Program-made: the position numbers and the translations under genes
Shown here: one piece after another, positions 18,019 through 26,539 of the stretch
Layout: every line of letters begins with the position of its first letter
Position numbering within the stretch: position 1 is the stretch's first letter
Assembly (NCBI GenBank): GCA_030550155.1
Contig: JAUQPZ010000001.1
Coordinates: forward strand, 974-64,973
From: Thermoproteota archaeon
Lineage (GTDB): Archaea > Thermoproteota > Nitrososphaeria_A > Caldarchaeales > Calditenuaceae
DNA length: 64,000 nt
Direction of reading: 5' to 3'
The notes under the pieces: model-generated
The model's input: the letters and a program-made list of their open reading frames with translations, nothing else
Told to the model about the DNA's origin: nothing
Database searches by the model: none

Positions 18019-18240
18019 ATGTCTCATGTAGCCAGAGAGAGGAGGGCGAGGATACCTGACCATAGACATTGCACAATCTGCGGGAGGCCGGTCCCTCCTC
18101 AAGAGGAGGTCTGCTCGCCGGAGTGCAGGAAAACTTACGAGGACAGGCTTAGAAGGGAAAGGAGGACGCGCCTCTTCCTCCTAATACTTTACATCGCACT
18201 CTTAGGCTCTCTCTTCGTCATATTCTTCCTCCCTAGGTAG
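18019..18240 (+). CDS. DUF2116-like zinc-ribbon protein with C-terminal TM helix
   Basis: 73 aa. HCTICGRPVPPQEEVCSPECRKTYE followed by the hydrophobic tail LFLLILYIALLGSLFVIFFL. Confidence 0.65.
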   Translation: MSHVARERRARIPDHRHCTICGRPVPPQEEVCSPECRKTYEDRLRRERRTRLFLLILYIALLGSLFVIFFLPR

Positions 18241-19236
18241 TCTTATAGCCAGTGAAGTGATATCCCTCTCCTTCTTCAACCTGTTGCGCTTCGACTCCAG
18301 CACAAGCGTGTACTCAACGCCCGGAACAGGGTCTGCAACGAATTCCCGCATCTTCAGCTCCGACATCAGTTCGCCAACCCTTCTAGACTTGTCGAAGACC
18401 ACAAGTATATCCTCGCCCTTGTAGGAGTGCGGCTGCCAGTATCCGGACCCGACTTCACCTCCTCGAACCTCATAGAGTACTTGCTCATGCCTCATACTCC
18501 GGGAGTCCCATGAGAGAACCCTCAAAAGCTTAAGGGCAACTTTGCTTGAGAAGAGCCCGCCTTTCCTATCCGAGGCTGAGAGCAAGTAATTAAGCCCGCC
18601 CCTTGAGCCATGACTTAAGGAGCATTGAGCGCCTTGAAGATAAAGATAGGGCTTATCAAACTCGACCTTTAACCTGTTATTAACAGGTCTAATCCAAGCA
18701 ATGAAAACTTCTTGGCCATGCGCCATCGAGAGCTTAAGTGCAGGACATCTGAGCAAACCATCGGCTCCCTCACCCTTCTTTGCCAGAAGCCCGGTCACTT
18801 TCCCCCGCGGAATAACTGTAGAGACAGATACCACCTTGTTAAAAGTCATAGAGAACGCGGGTTCTAGACGATATATAGTCTGAATAGACTCATTCAAGAC
18901 TGACTCGGCAGCAGTTAGCTCTCCAACTTCAATGAACCCGCTAAGCTCCCTTCGAAAGAAAATCTCAAGGTGAAGTCCTTCACTCGTCTCTCTGACGTTG
19001 ATGGATCTTACTAAGCTCCTAGAGGGGGCGAGGGCGAGAAGAAGGAGCACGACTGATGTAGTTAGTATCAGCAATGTTGTCCTGGGAGTCTTATCGTATA
19101 AAGGCTGTGAGGGGTCTAAGATTATTAGGAGCGCTGAAAGCGCGGCCAGCACCGTCGCCGTTATAACTAGTTTTCTCCTACTTACTGGTAGGAAAGACTT
19201 GTGTGGCAGTTCTTCTGAGAGATTGACAACCCGCAT
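18202..19236 (-). CDS. hypothetical membrane-anchored protein (two N-terminal TM helices plus a soluble domain of about 270 aa)
   Basis: 344-aa ORF. TM segments LVITATVLAALSALLIIL and TLLILTTSVVLLLLALA. No family recognised. Confidence 0.6.
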   Translation of the reverse strand: MRVVNLSEELPHKSFLPVSRRKLVITATVLAALSALLIILDPSQPLYDKTPRTTLLILTTSVVLLLLALAPSRSLVRSINVRETSEGLHLEIFFRRELSGFIEVGELTAAESVLNESIQTIYRLEPAFSMTFNKVVSVSTVIPRGKVTGLLAKKGEGADGLLRCPALKLSMAHGQEVFIAWIRPVNNRLKVEFDKPYLYLQGAQCSLSHGSRGGLNYLLSASDRKGGLFSSKVALKLLRVLSWDSRSMRHEQVLYEVRGGEVGSGYWQPHSYKGEDILVVFDKSRRVGELMSELKMREFVADPVPGVEYTLVLESKRNRLKKERDITSLAIRLPREEEYDEERA

Positions 19237-19263
19237 CGCACTACAGTATATTTGCCGACCAGG

Positions 19264-19674
19264 TTAATAAGCTCCGCGTGCGCCGTAAGCTTTGAGTAGT
19301 CTTCGACGTACAACTGTTCCTCGGACCAAGGCTGCACCTGCCAACACGCTTAAAGTCATCACCATGTAGAGGGACCCCAATGCAAGGTATAGACAAGCCA
19401 GAGAGGACATTATCAGAAATGCGTAAAAATGGATCGGGGCCTTCTTCTCTGCCTCTCGGAGGAAGTCTGCGTGATGATGCTTAAGGTGTCTCGGCTCCAC
19501 GACCCTCAGGCAGGTTGAAAGACAGGAAAAACGTGTCGCCAGCGCCTCCTCCCAAGACAAAGGAGCACCGCATAGAGCGCATTTGGCAGAACCCTTCTTA
19601 AACCTAAGCAACAAGTGAACTAGCAGCGTGTGAACAATATATATTTTCGGATTTAACTCATTGATATGCGGCAA
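19264..19674 (-). CDS. hypothetical CxxC / His-rich small membrane protein
   Basis: 136-aa ORF. KCALCG, HLKHHH, then TM segments HFYAFLIMSSLACLYLALGSLYMVMTLSVLAGAAL. The track start (TTG 19674) collides with the ETF-beta start and promoter, so the in-frame TTG at 19614 is more plausible. Confidence 0.45.
   Translation of the reverse strand: MPHINELNPKIYIVHTLLVHLLLRFKKGSAKCALCGAPLSWEEALATRFSCLSTCLRVVEPRHLKHHHADFLREAEKKAPIHFYAFLIMSSLACLYLALGSLYMVMTLSVLAGAALVRGTVVRRRLLKAYGARGAY
19636..19647. promoter_or_regulatory. A+T box (aatatatatttt), candidate TATA element for etfB and possibly also the divergent minus-strand gene
   Basis: Centre lies about 33 nt upstream of ATG 19674 (plus) and about 27 nt upstream of the in-frame TTG 19614 (minus). 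The core is nearly palindromic. Confidence 0.4.
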
Positions 19675-20882
19675 TGCTCATATTAGCTTTATACAAGGCT
19701 GTGCCCGCGAGAACCACCAAGATAGTCACCATTGGAGGAGTTCTGAAGCGCGAGGAGATGGACCTAGTGATGAATCCTTTTGACAACAAGGCTGTCGAGG
19801 CTGCAGACTTCTTGAAGAGAGCCTATGGAGGGAAGGTTATCTCGCTCACAATGGGGCCTGATTTCAAGCTCAAACCGATAGCCTCGAATCTCTTTGAAGC
19901 TCCCGTAGAGGGTGTTGATGAGTCTTATATCCTGAGCGACAGGAGGATGGCAGGTGCAGACACTTGGGCTACCGCGTACACCCTAGCCTTAGGAATCAAA
20001 AAGATCGTTGATACGCATTTATCGGCTTTGGACGAGCTTCTCTCACTTTTACGTAGTCGAACTTCACCACAAGAATTCAGAGAGAAGGCCAAAGAACTAT
20101 ACGAAAAGAACCTAGTGCCCAACATCATCTATTCCGAGCTCCCAACTCTGAAGGGCTCGACACTCAGCGACAGACTCATAAAAGGTGAGAGCGACTTTGA
20201 GGAGGCGGCTCGCGTAATTCAGAAAGTTAAAGAAGAGAGCGAGAGATTTATAGTGGTTGCAGGAATTAAGACAAGCGACGGCGAGACAGGTAGCACGGGC
20301 CCCCAAGTTGCGGAGGCCTTAAGTGGGATATATGGCAGGTTCATTCCGAGCGTGACGTATGTTAGAGAGCTGGAAGCAGACCCTGAGTCTGGATACCTCT
20401 ATGTGGTGCGTCGAATAGGGGACCTGCTCCAAAAACTTCGTCTGCCTTTGCCATGTGTTATCACGATCTCAACAGAGTACAGGCCTGTTCCTCCTCAGCT
20501 TAAGGCGAGGAAGAGGGCGAGACTATTCAGCTACGGAAAGAAGATTACTGAGAGCATAGTGTATAACGCGGACTCGTTGAATGCTGATCCCAGAAACTTA
20601 GGATTCGCAGGTTCGCCTACAATTGTCGGACCTGGAATCGACATTGGAGCCCCGCCTGTCCAAAAGTTCGTCGGCAAAACTCTGGTGCTCTCTACGCGTG
20701 TTGAGGAGTTCGAGCTGAATGGTAAAAAGTATGGCCCCTTTGAAAAGTTCACTAAGGCCGATACCCTGCCTCCTGAAGTTCTTGACCATCTAAGGGAGAA
20801 AGGCGTCGTCAAGCTGTTTAGCTTGGAGGACCTGGTTGAGGAGTTATTCGGGGTGAGGGTGCACGTTGCAGCAAAACACTGA
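19674..20882 (+). CDS. etfB: electron transfer flavoprotein beta subunit (FixA-like), unusually long form
   Basis: 402 aa. NPFDNKAVEAA, MAGADTWATAYTLALGIKKI, VVAGIKTSDGETGSTGPQVAEAL and GFAGSPTIV are ETF-beta motifs. About 75 extra residues are inserted between the second and third motifs, and the C-terminus is extended. Confidence 0.85.
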   Translation: MLILALYKAVPARTTKIVTIGGVLKREEMDLVMNPFDNKAVEAADFLKRAYGGKVISLTMGPDFKLKPIASNLFEAPVEGVDESYILSDRRMAGADTWATAYTLALGIKKIVDTHLSALDELLSLLRSRTSPQEFREKAKELYEKNLVPNIIYSELPTLKGSTLSDRLIKGESDFEEAARVIQKVKEESERFIVVAGIKTSDGETGSTGPQVAEALSGIYGRFIPSVTYVRELEADPESGYLYVVRRIGDLLQKLRLPLPCVITISTEYRPVPPQLKARKRARLFSYGKKITESIVYNADSLNADPRNLGFAGSPTIVGPGIDIGAPPVQKFVGKTLVLSTRVEEFELNGKKYGPFEKFTKADTLPPEVLDHLREKGVVKLFSLEDLVEELFGVRVHVAAKH

Positions 20883-21972
20883 GTATAAGGATGTTTGGGT
20901 CTATTGTGAGGTTCAAGATGGGGCGCTGACCAGGCCGACCACGGAGGTTATTGCGGGTGCACGAAAGATTGCTGATCGGATGAATATGAAGGTCGTGGGG
21001 GTGATGATTGGTTATAACCTGGAGAAAGTTGCGAGAGAGCCGATATATTACGGCGCAGACGAGGTTATCGTCTGCGATAGCCCACTTCTCAAAAGCTATC
21101 AAGCATTACCATACACCTATGTCCTCTCCGACATGGTCTTGAGGCTCAAGCCCTGGGCCTTCCTCTTCGTCGCTAATGAGGTCGGAAGAGAGCTGGGCGC
21201 CCGCGTGGCGTACAAGACAATTACAGGTTTAGCTGCAGACTGCATAGACCTACTTGTCGAGGACTTCGTGATGCATACACCTCAAGGGACCCTCGTTTTC
21301 AAGGACTGCATAGCACAGGTTAGACCCGACTTCGCCACGCGAATAGCTAAGATCTTCACGCCAAAACACAGACCCCAGATGAGCAACGTCAGGCCGGGCT
21401 CATTTTCACCACTACCCCGAGACGAGACAAGAAAAGGTGAGATAATCCGTTGGGAGGCAGAGATCCCCGCAGGGGCCTTCGCCGTTGAGGTCCTCGAAGA
21501 GAGGAGATTACCGAAGAGCAACGTGAAGCTTGAAGATGCCAAGGTCATAGTTAGCCTCGGACTTGGAATCTTGCGTGATGCATCCGGGAATCCACGTAAT
21601 CCGGTTGAGGCTTACGAACATGCCGAGAAGCTAGCAGCAATTATTAAGGATCGCCTAAAGGTCGAGACGGAGATAGGTGCGTCGCGCGCCCTGATCTACG
21701 CCGGTGTTAAGGAGCTTGAAGGCTTAATCATTAAGGATAGGCAGGTGGGTCAGACCGGCAAAACCGTGGCTCCGGATGTCTACATCGCGGCTGGTATAAG
21801 CGGCGCCATTCAGCACAGAGTCGGCATCATGAGGGCGAAGAAGATAGTTGCCATCAACACGGACCCTGATGCACCTATATTTCAGATAGCACATTACGGC
21901 GTGGTAGGCGACGTTTACGAGGTCCTTCCCAAGCTTGTTCAGCTGTTGGGTGGGGGAGAAGTTGAAGCCTGA
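20866..21972 (+). CDS. etfA: electron transfer flavoprotein alpha subunit (FixB-like)
   Basis: 368 aa. The C-terminal FAD-binding region VGQTGKTVAPDVYIAAGISGAIQHRVGIMRAKKIVAINTDPDAPIF is the canonical ETF-alpha signature. Confidence 0.88.
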   Translation: MQQNTEYKDVWVYCEVQDGALTRPTTEVIAGARKIADRMNMKVVGVMIGYNLEKVAREPIYYGADEVIVCDSPLLKSYQALPYTYVLSDMVLRLKPWAFLFVANEVGRELGARVAYKTITGLAADCIDLLVEDFVMHTPQGTLVFKDCIAQVRPDFATRIAKIFTPKHRPQMSNVRPGSFSPLPRDETRKGEIIRWEAEIPAGAFAVEVLEERRLPKSNVKLEDAKVIVSLGLGILRDASGNPRNPVEAYEHAEKLAAIIKDRLKVETEIGASRALIYAGVKELEGLIIKDRQVGQTGKTVAPDVYIAAGISGAIQHRVGIMRAKKIVAINTDPDAPIFQIAHYGVVGDVYEVLPKLVQLLGGGEVEA

Positions 21973-23662
21973 TTACGATGTCGTGGTGGTCGGCGCCGGC
22001 CCGGCTGGCGCTGCCGCGGCAAACTATCTTGCGTCGCGGGGAGTGGATGTCGCGCTTATCGAGAAGGCACAGGTCCCCGGCCACAAGAATGTGACCGGCG
22101 GGGTTCTATACACCGAGTATATTAAGGGTTATGAGTTTGAGGATGCATTCCCGGGGTTCAAGGCTGAAGCCCCTCTCGAGCGAAAAATCGTTTCTCACGA
22201 GGTTATAGCTTTATCGGCAGCAAAAAAAGAGGATGGCAAGGTCACGTATAGGAGGAGAGTGATAGGAGAGGACTCCTTCTTGACCAAGTTAGGCATCACA
22301 GGGTTGACGCTCACGCATGTTGAGGGTTACTCTGTTCTTAGAGCTAAGCTCGACAGATGGATGGCGCGGAAGGTGGCTGAAAACGGGGGAGTAGTTACCA
22401 CTTACAACTCCGTCGAGGACCTCTATTTCATGAATGGAGAGGTGAAAGGGGTGGTCACAAGCTCAGAGACTATTACCTGCAACCTTGTTATCGATGCCTC
22501 GGGTGTATCCTCACGGCTCGTAGACAGGGCTGGCCTGCGCCCGTTCCTCACACCCGACAAGGTCTATCACGGAGTCAAGCACGTGTATAAGCTCTCCGCG
22601 GAAAAGATTGAGGAGAGGTTCGGCCTAAAGCCGTGTGAGGGCAAAGCGATATTTTATCTGGGAGAGGTGATGATGGGTGTTAAGGGGGGAGGTTTCCTAT
22701 ACACGAACCTCGACACCCTAAGTATCGGGATAGTCGTCTCTCTAGACTCATTTCTTGAGAAGGCGATAACGGACATGGATAAGCTTGGGAAACCCGTGGA
22801 GATTCTTGAGAATATCGAGGACCACCCAGATGTCGCTCCACTGTTAGAGGGCGCGGAGCTAGTGGAATACTCAGCCCACAACATACCTAAAGGATACAAG
22901 ACTATGCTTCAGCAGCCCTACATATCAGGCTACGTCGTGACTGGAGACGCCTTGGGCGCATTCGTCAAGATTGGAGGCCTAATAGACGGGATGAGAAGGG
23001 CCGTAGCCACGGGAATCATGGCGGCCCATACATATCTAAGAGCCGCTGAGAAAGGTGACTTTAGCGCTAAAACCCTCTCAACCTACACGCAGCTGCTCGG
23101 TCCGATCTACAGTGATGTTCAAAGATCAGGCAGGAATGCCATGTTGACGGAGTCCTCGCTAGCGTATGGACTTGCTCCTAAGCTCATGCTTGGGCTTGGA
23201 GGGAGGCGCATTGAGGCTGAGCCGCGTAAAGGGCAGAAAGCCTCAACAAAGGACGCTATCAAGAAGATTCAAGAGAGGACAGGCATCCTTGACTATGACG
23301 AGGACAAGGAATACGTTCACATAAAAGTTGACACGGCTAAGGCCTCCGCGCAGAGATTTAAGATGTGGGTCCCAGCCTGCCCTGTGAACTGCTACACCCT
23401 CGTATCGGAGAAGGGTGTATTTGCTTCGTTGAAAGACTTGTATCAATACAACCTGGCGAGGAGGCTCTCCGAGGGCTTGGATGAGAGCAGGGCGCGGAGC
23501 GCGGCCCGCTCAGACACGATCGAGGACATGGCTAAGGCTAGGCTGAACTTCGACCACGTAGCGTGCGTGGCGTGCGGTACGTGCGGTGTTATTGGGCCAG
23601 AGGAGATTGTATCGTTCGGGCATGAGAGAGCTGGTCACGGGGTTAGGTTTAGGTACGGGTAG
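21935..23662 (+). CDS. fixC: FixC-type FAD-dependent ETF:quinone oxidoreductase fused to a FixX-like ferredoxin domain
   Basis: 575 aa. N-terminal YDVVVVGAGPAGAAAANYLA (FAD GxGxxG). The last ~100 aa, MWVPACPVNCYTL..FDHVACVACGTCGVIGP..GHGVRFRYG, match FixX. Confidence 0.85.
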   Translation: MFSCWVGEKLKPDYDVVVVGAGPAGAAAANYLASRGVDVALIEKAQVPGHKNVTGGVLYTEYIKGYEFEDAFPGFKAEAPLERKIVSHEVIALSAAKKEDGKVTYRRRVIGEDSFLTKLGITGLTLTHVEGYSVLRAKLDRWMARKVAENGGVVTTYNSVEDLYFMNGEVKGVVTSSETITCNLVIDASGVSSRLVDRAGLRPFLTPDKVYHGVKHVYKLSAEKIEERFGLKPCEGKAIFYLGEVMMGVKGGGFLYTNLDTLSIGIVVSLDSFLEKAITDMDKLGKPVEILENIEDHPDVAPLLEGAELVEYSAHNIPKGYKTMLQQPYISGYVVTGDALGAFVKIGGLIDGMRRAVATGIMAAHTYLRAAEKGDFSAKTLSTYTQLLGPIYSDVQRSGRNAMLTESSLAYGLAPKLMLGLGGRRIEAEPRKGQKASTKDAIKKIQERTGILDYDEDKEYVHIKVDTAKASAQRFKMWVPACPVNCYTLVSEKGVFASLKDLYQYNLARRLSEGLDESRARSAARSDTIEDMAKARLNFDHVACVACGTCGVIGPEEIVSFGHERAGHGVRFRYG

Positions 23663-23666
23663 CAAG

Positions 23667-23682
23667 ATAATTTAATATATAT
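23667..23682 (+). promoter_or_regulatory. TATA-like box for the nitroreductase gene
   Basis: ataatttaatatatat is centred about 25-28 nt upstream of GTG 23702, which is leaderless geometry. Confidence 0.5.
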
Positions 23683-23701
23683 CTTTTCACAAAAAATATC
23701 T

Positions 23702-24229
23702 GTGGCCCTGTCATCTGTCACGAATGTCATTAGAACAAAGCTAGATGTCCGTACTTTCTCCCCTAAAGAAGTCTCATGGGAGGATAAGTTAGCTATACTT
23801 GACGCAGCCAGGATGGCTGGAAGTGGAATGAATAGCCAGCACTGGAGGTTCATACTCATCGATAAAAAGGAAGACCTTCAGAAACTCGCAGACATCAGCC
23901 TTACGGGCAGGTGGGTCAGTGGTTCTAATTTCGCGGTTGTTGTGCTTACAGATTCGAGATATGCCTGGCACCTGTTGGATGCGGGACGCGCAATCACCAA
24001 CATGATGCTCGAAGCCTGGAGTAGAGGTATTGTTTCATGCATCTGTACGGGATATAATGAGGAGGCTCTTAGAAGCTGGCTGAAGATACCTCAGCCCTAT
24101 GCTATTGCCGGGTTCATAGGGTTCGGATATCCTGTGAAAAGGATAATTGGTAAGAAGAATAGACTACCTCTAGAGCAGGTAGCTTTCCATGGCAAGTTCG
24201 GAGAACCAATTAAGAGACAGCGAAGCTGA
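23702..24229 (+). CDS. nitroreductase-family protein
   Basis: 175 aa. IRTKLDVRTFSPKEVS..ILDAARMAGSGMNSQHWRFILI is the typical nitroreductase N-terminal FMN-binding motif. Confidence 0.8.
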   Translation: MALSSVTNVIRTKLDVRTFSPKEVSWEDKLAILDAARMAGSGMNSQHWRFILIDKKEDLQKLADISLTGRWVSGSNFAVVVLTDSRYAWHLLDAGRAITNMMLEAWSRGIVSCICTGYNEEALRSWLKIPQPYAIAGFIGFGYPVKRIIGKKNRLPLEQVAFHGKFGEPIKRQRS

Positions 24230-25784
24230 AAAGATAGCCCGCCAACTACTCAGCAACCCAGATATTCTCAAAAAAGGCGCGGAAACAGCGAAGATAGTTT
24301 TAGCTGAGAGTTTAAAGCTCAGGGAAATCCCAACTCACACGGAGCTCATCCGCGTTCTGAGGAGACTTCAGGCACCTCCCGCTCTCATACAGCAGTTCAG
24401 GAGGAAGCCTGTGAGGGTTGGCTCGGGCATTACTGTTATAACGGTTGCGGTACCACTATTCAATTGCCCCCACGGGCGCTGCATCTACTGCCCCGGCGGG
24501 GGTAAAACTGGCATCCCACAGAGCTACACAGGTGCCGAGCCCGTTGTCGCCTTCGCTAAAAGCGTCAACTTTGATGTAAGAACTCAGGTCAAGGCATATC
24601 TTAAAAGACTTGAGGAGATGGGGCACGATGTTGACAAGGTTGAGCTGATATTCATAGGAGGCACCTACACCTATGCTTCGCCTGAGGCGCAGAGAGAGTT
24701 CATTAAAGCCGCCCTGGACGGGCTTCACGGCCCAGACTCTAGGAGCGTTGATGAGGCTCTTCTGAGGGCAGAGTGGGCTAAACCGAGGCTAGTGGGGATG
24801 ATGATTGAGACTCGCCCAGACTGGGTCACCCCCCCAATGGTGGACGAGCTCGTAAGGCTGGGGGTTACGAGGGTTGAGATAGGCGTCCAAGCCCTAGACG
24901 ACGAGATATACAAGAAGATAGCGCGAGGACACACTGTCGAGGATGTGGTAAAGGCCACGAGAAATCTGAGGGATAGAGCATTGAAGGTGGGTTATCACTT
25001 CATGCCAGGGCTTCCAGGCTCAAACCCTGACAAAGACCTCGAGATGTATAAGACCATGTTCAGCGACATTAGGTTCAGGCCCGACACCGTCAAGATCTAC
25101 CCAACCATGGTTCTCCCCGATACGCCTCTCTACGAGATATGGTCAAGAGGACTCTACAAGCCCTACGAGTTGGACGAGCTGGTTAACCTATTAGCCGAGA
25201 TGTTCGCCATCACGCCCCCTTATGTCAGAATACAGAGGGTTAGGAGGGAAATCCCGGGACGGTTGACCGCTTCCGGGAATTATCCCGGGAACCTGAGGGA
25301 GATGGCTGAGAGGGAGTTGGCTAGGCGTGGATTAAGATGCAGATGTATCAGGTGTAGGGAAGTGGGTAGACGGGCCGCCTCCGACAAGGTCATGTCCTCA
25401 TCGATGAGCTTGAGAGAGACGTGGTATGAAACGTTTGGAGGCAGTGAAGTCTTTTTATCCTATGAGTCGGGCGATGGTGAATTTCTGGCTGGACTGCTCA
25501 GGCTGCGCCTCCCAGAGGTTGCAGCAAACGAGCTACTAATAGACTCAGCGCTGGTCAGGGAGCTTCACGTTTACGGAGAGATGGTGCCCGTCGGCCAAAA
25601 GAGCGGGGAACCGAAGTGGCAGCATCGAGGTATCGGAAGCAAACTCCTCGCTAGGGCCGAGGAGATAGCGGAATCCCAGGGCTACAAACGAGTCATCGTC
25701 ATAAGCGCCCTCGGGGTCAAAGAATACTATGCGAAGAGAGGCTACCATAAACACGGGCCATACATGGCGAAAAACATAGTGTAG
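24189..25784 (+). CDS. elp3: Elp3-type radical SAM/GNAT tRNA uridine(34) acetyltransferase
   Basis: 531 aa. CPHGRCIYCPGG radical-SAM cluster motif, TRVEIGVQALDD and the C-terminal GNAT WQHRGIGSKLLARAEEIA. Confidence 0.9.
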   Translation: MASSENQLRDSEAEKIARQLLSNPDILKKGAETAKIVLAESLKLREIPTHTELIRVLRRLQAPPALIQQFRRKPVRVGSGITVITVAVPLFNCPHGRCIYCPGGGKTGIPQSYTGAEPVVAFAKSVNFDVRTQVKAYLKRLEEMGHDVDKVELIFIGGTYTYASPEAQREFIKAALDGLHGPDSRSVDEALLRAEWAKPRLVGMMIETRPDWVTPPMVDELVRLGVTRVEIGVQALDDEIYKKIARGHTVEDVVKATRNLRDRALKVGYHFMPGLPGSNPDKDLEMYKTMFSDIRFRPDTVKIYPTMVLPDTPLYEIWSRGLYKPYELDELVNLLAEMFAITPPYVRIQRVRREIPGRLTASGNYPGNLREMAERELARRGLRCRCIRCREVGRRAASDKVMSSSMSLRETWYETFGGSEVFLSYESGDGEFLAGLLRLRLPEVAANELLIDSALVRELHVYGEMVPVGQKSGEPKWQHRGIGSKLLARAEEIAESQGYKRVIVISALGVKEYYAKRGYHKHGPYMAKNIV

Positions 25785-25789
25785 TAGAG

Positions 25790-26539
25790 TTGAGAGACAT
25801 CCAAACAGTCCTCCAAGAACTGAGAAACGCGGTCGCCGCCGGAGAGATGATAATCCTTGTAGGCGAGATGACCGTCGAATATGATGGTAGATCTTTTAGC
25901 TGGCTAGGAACTGGGGAACGCGTCCTCCTAATAAAGCAGGACAGGAGCGTGATAGTCCACAGGCCGACAGGCTCCGAGGCGGTGAACTGGCAGCCCCCTG
26001 GAAGCCACATAGACGCGCTGGAGGAGAACTCCAAACTAGTGATTGTGTCAAGCCGGGCCTCGCCGCCGGAGAAGCTTAAGATCACGATCTCGAGAATCAG
26101 CCACTTCCATCGCTTGAAGCTGCGGGACGAGGCAGAGTTCCACATGCATGCGAGAGAGGAGGACATGCAGCAGGCGATATTGGAGGAGCCTGGACTTATT
26201 GAGGAGGGGTTCGTCATAGTTGAGGTTGAGAGGAAGGTGCTGGACGGGTTTATAGATGTGTTGGGCCGGGACAGGGATGGAAGGCTGGTTGTGGTGGAGA
26301 TTAAGAGGGAGAAGGCAGACACTCAGGACATAGACCAAGTCTTGAGATACTCCGCACAGATTGAAGAGGAGTTCGGGGCCAGGCCACGGCAGATAGTTGT
26401 TGCGCCCCTCATGACGGCGAAAGCGGCTCAGAAGGCCAGGATGCTAGGTGTAGAGTTTCGGAGGCTTTCGCCTAGAAGGGCTCAAGAGATTCTGAAGAAG
26501 CGGAAAGGGCTTGACAGGTTCCTGTCGGGCTTGATTTAG
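25790..26539 (+). CDS. nucS: endonuclease NucS/EndoMS
   Basis: 249 aa. C-terminal RecB-like nuclease IDVLGRDRDGRLVVVEIKREKADTQDIDQVLRY. The N-terminal half-barrel region is consistent. Confidence 0.85.
   Translation: MRDIQTVLQELRNAVAAGEMIILVGEMTVEYDGRSFSWLGTGERVLLIKQDRSVIVHRPTGSEAVNWQPPGSHIDALEENSKLVIVSSRASPPEKLKITISRISHFHRLKLRDEAEFHMHAREEDMQQAILEEPGLIEEGFVIVEVERKVLDGFIDVLGRDRDGRLVVVEIKREKADTQDIDQVLRYSAQIEEEFGARPRQIVVAPLMTAKAAQKARMLGVEFRRLSPRRAQEILKKRKGLDRFLSGLI

Noticed and set aside
24798-24820. Additional C-box-like (R)UGAUGA hits inside coding regions (for example 24798 in elp3, 22667 in fixC, ~40129 in bud32, ~48307)
   Set aside because: None has a CUGA D' or D box at the required 10-13 nt spacing or a second box pair. 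They are consistent with chance Met-Met/Asp-Asp codon strings. My scan was visual and incomplete, so other sRNAs could have been missed.
25717-26322. 201-aa minus-strand ORF antisense to nucS
   Set aside because: The sequence is extremely Ser-rich and low-complexity (SSSSISPGSS..). The plus frame encodes a complete NucS.
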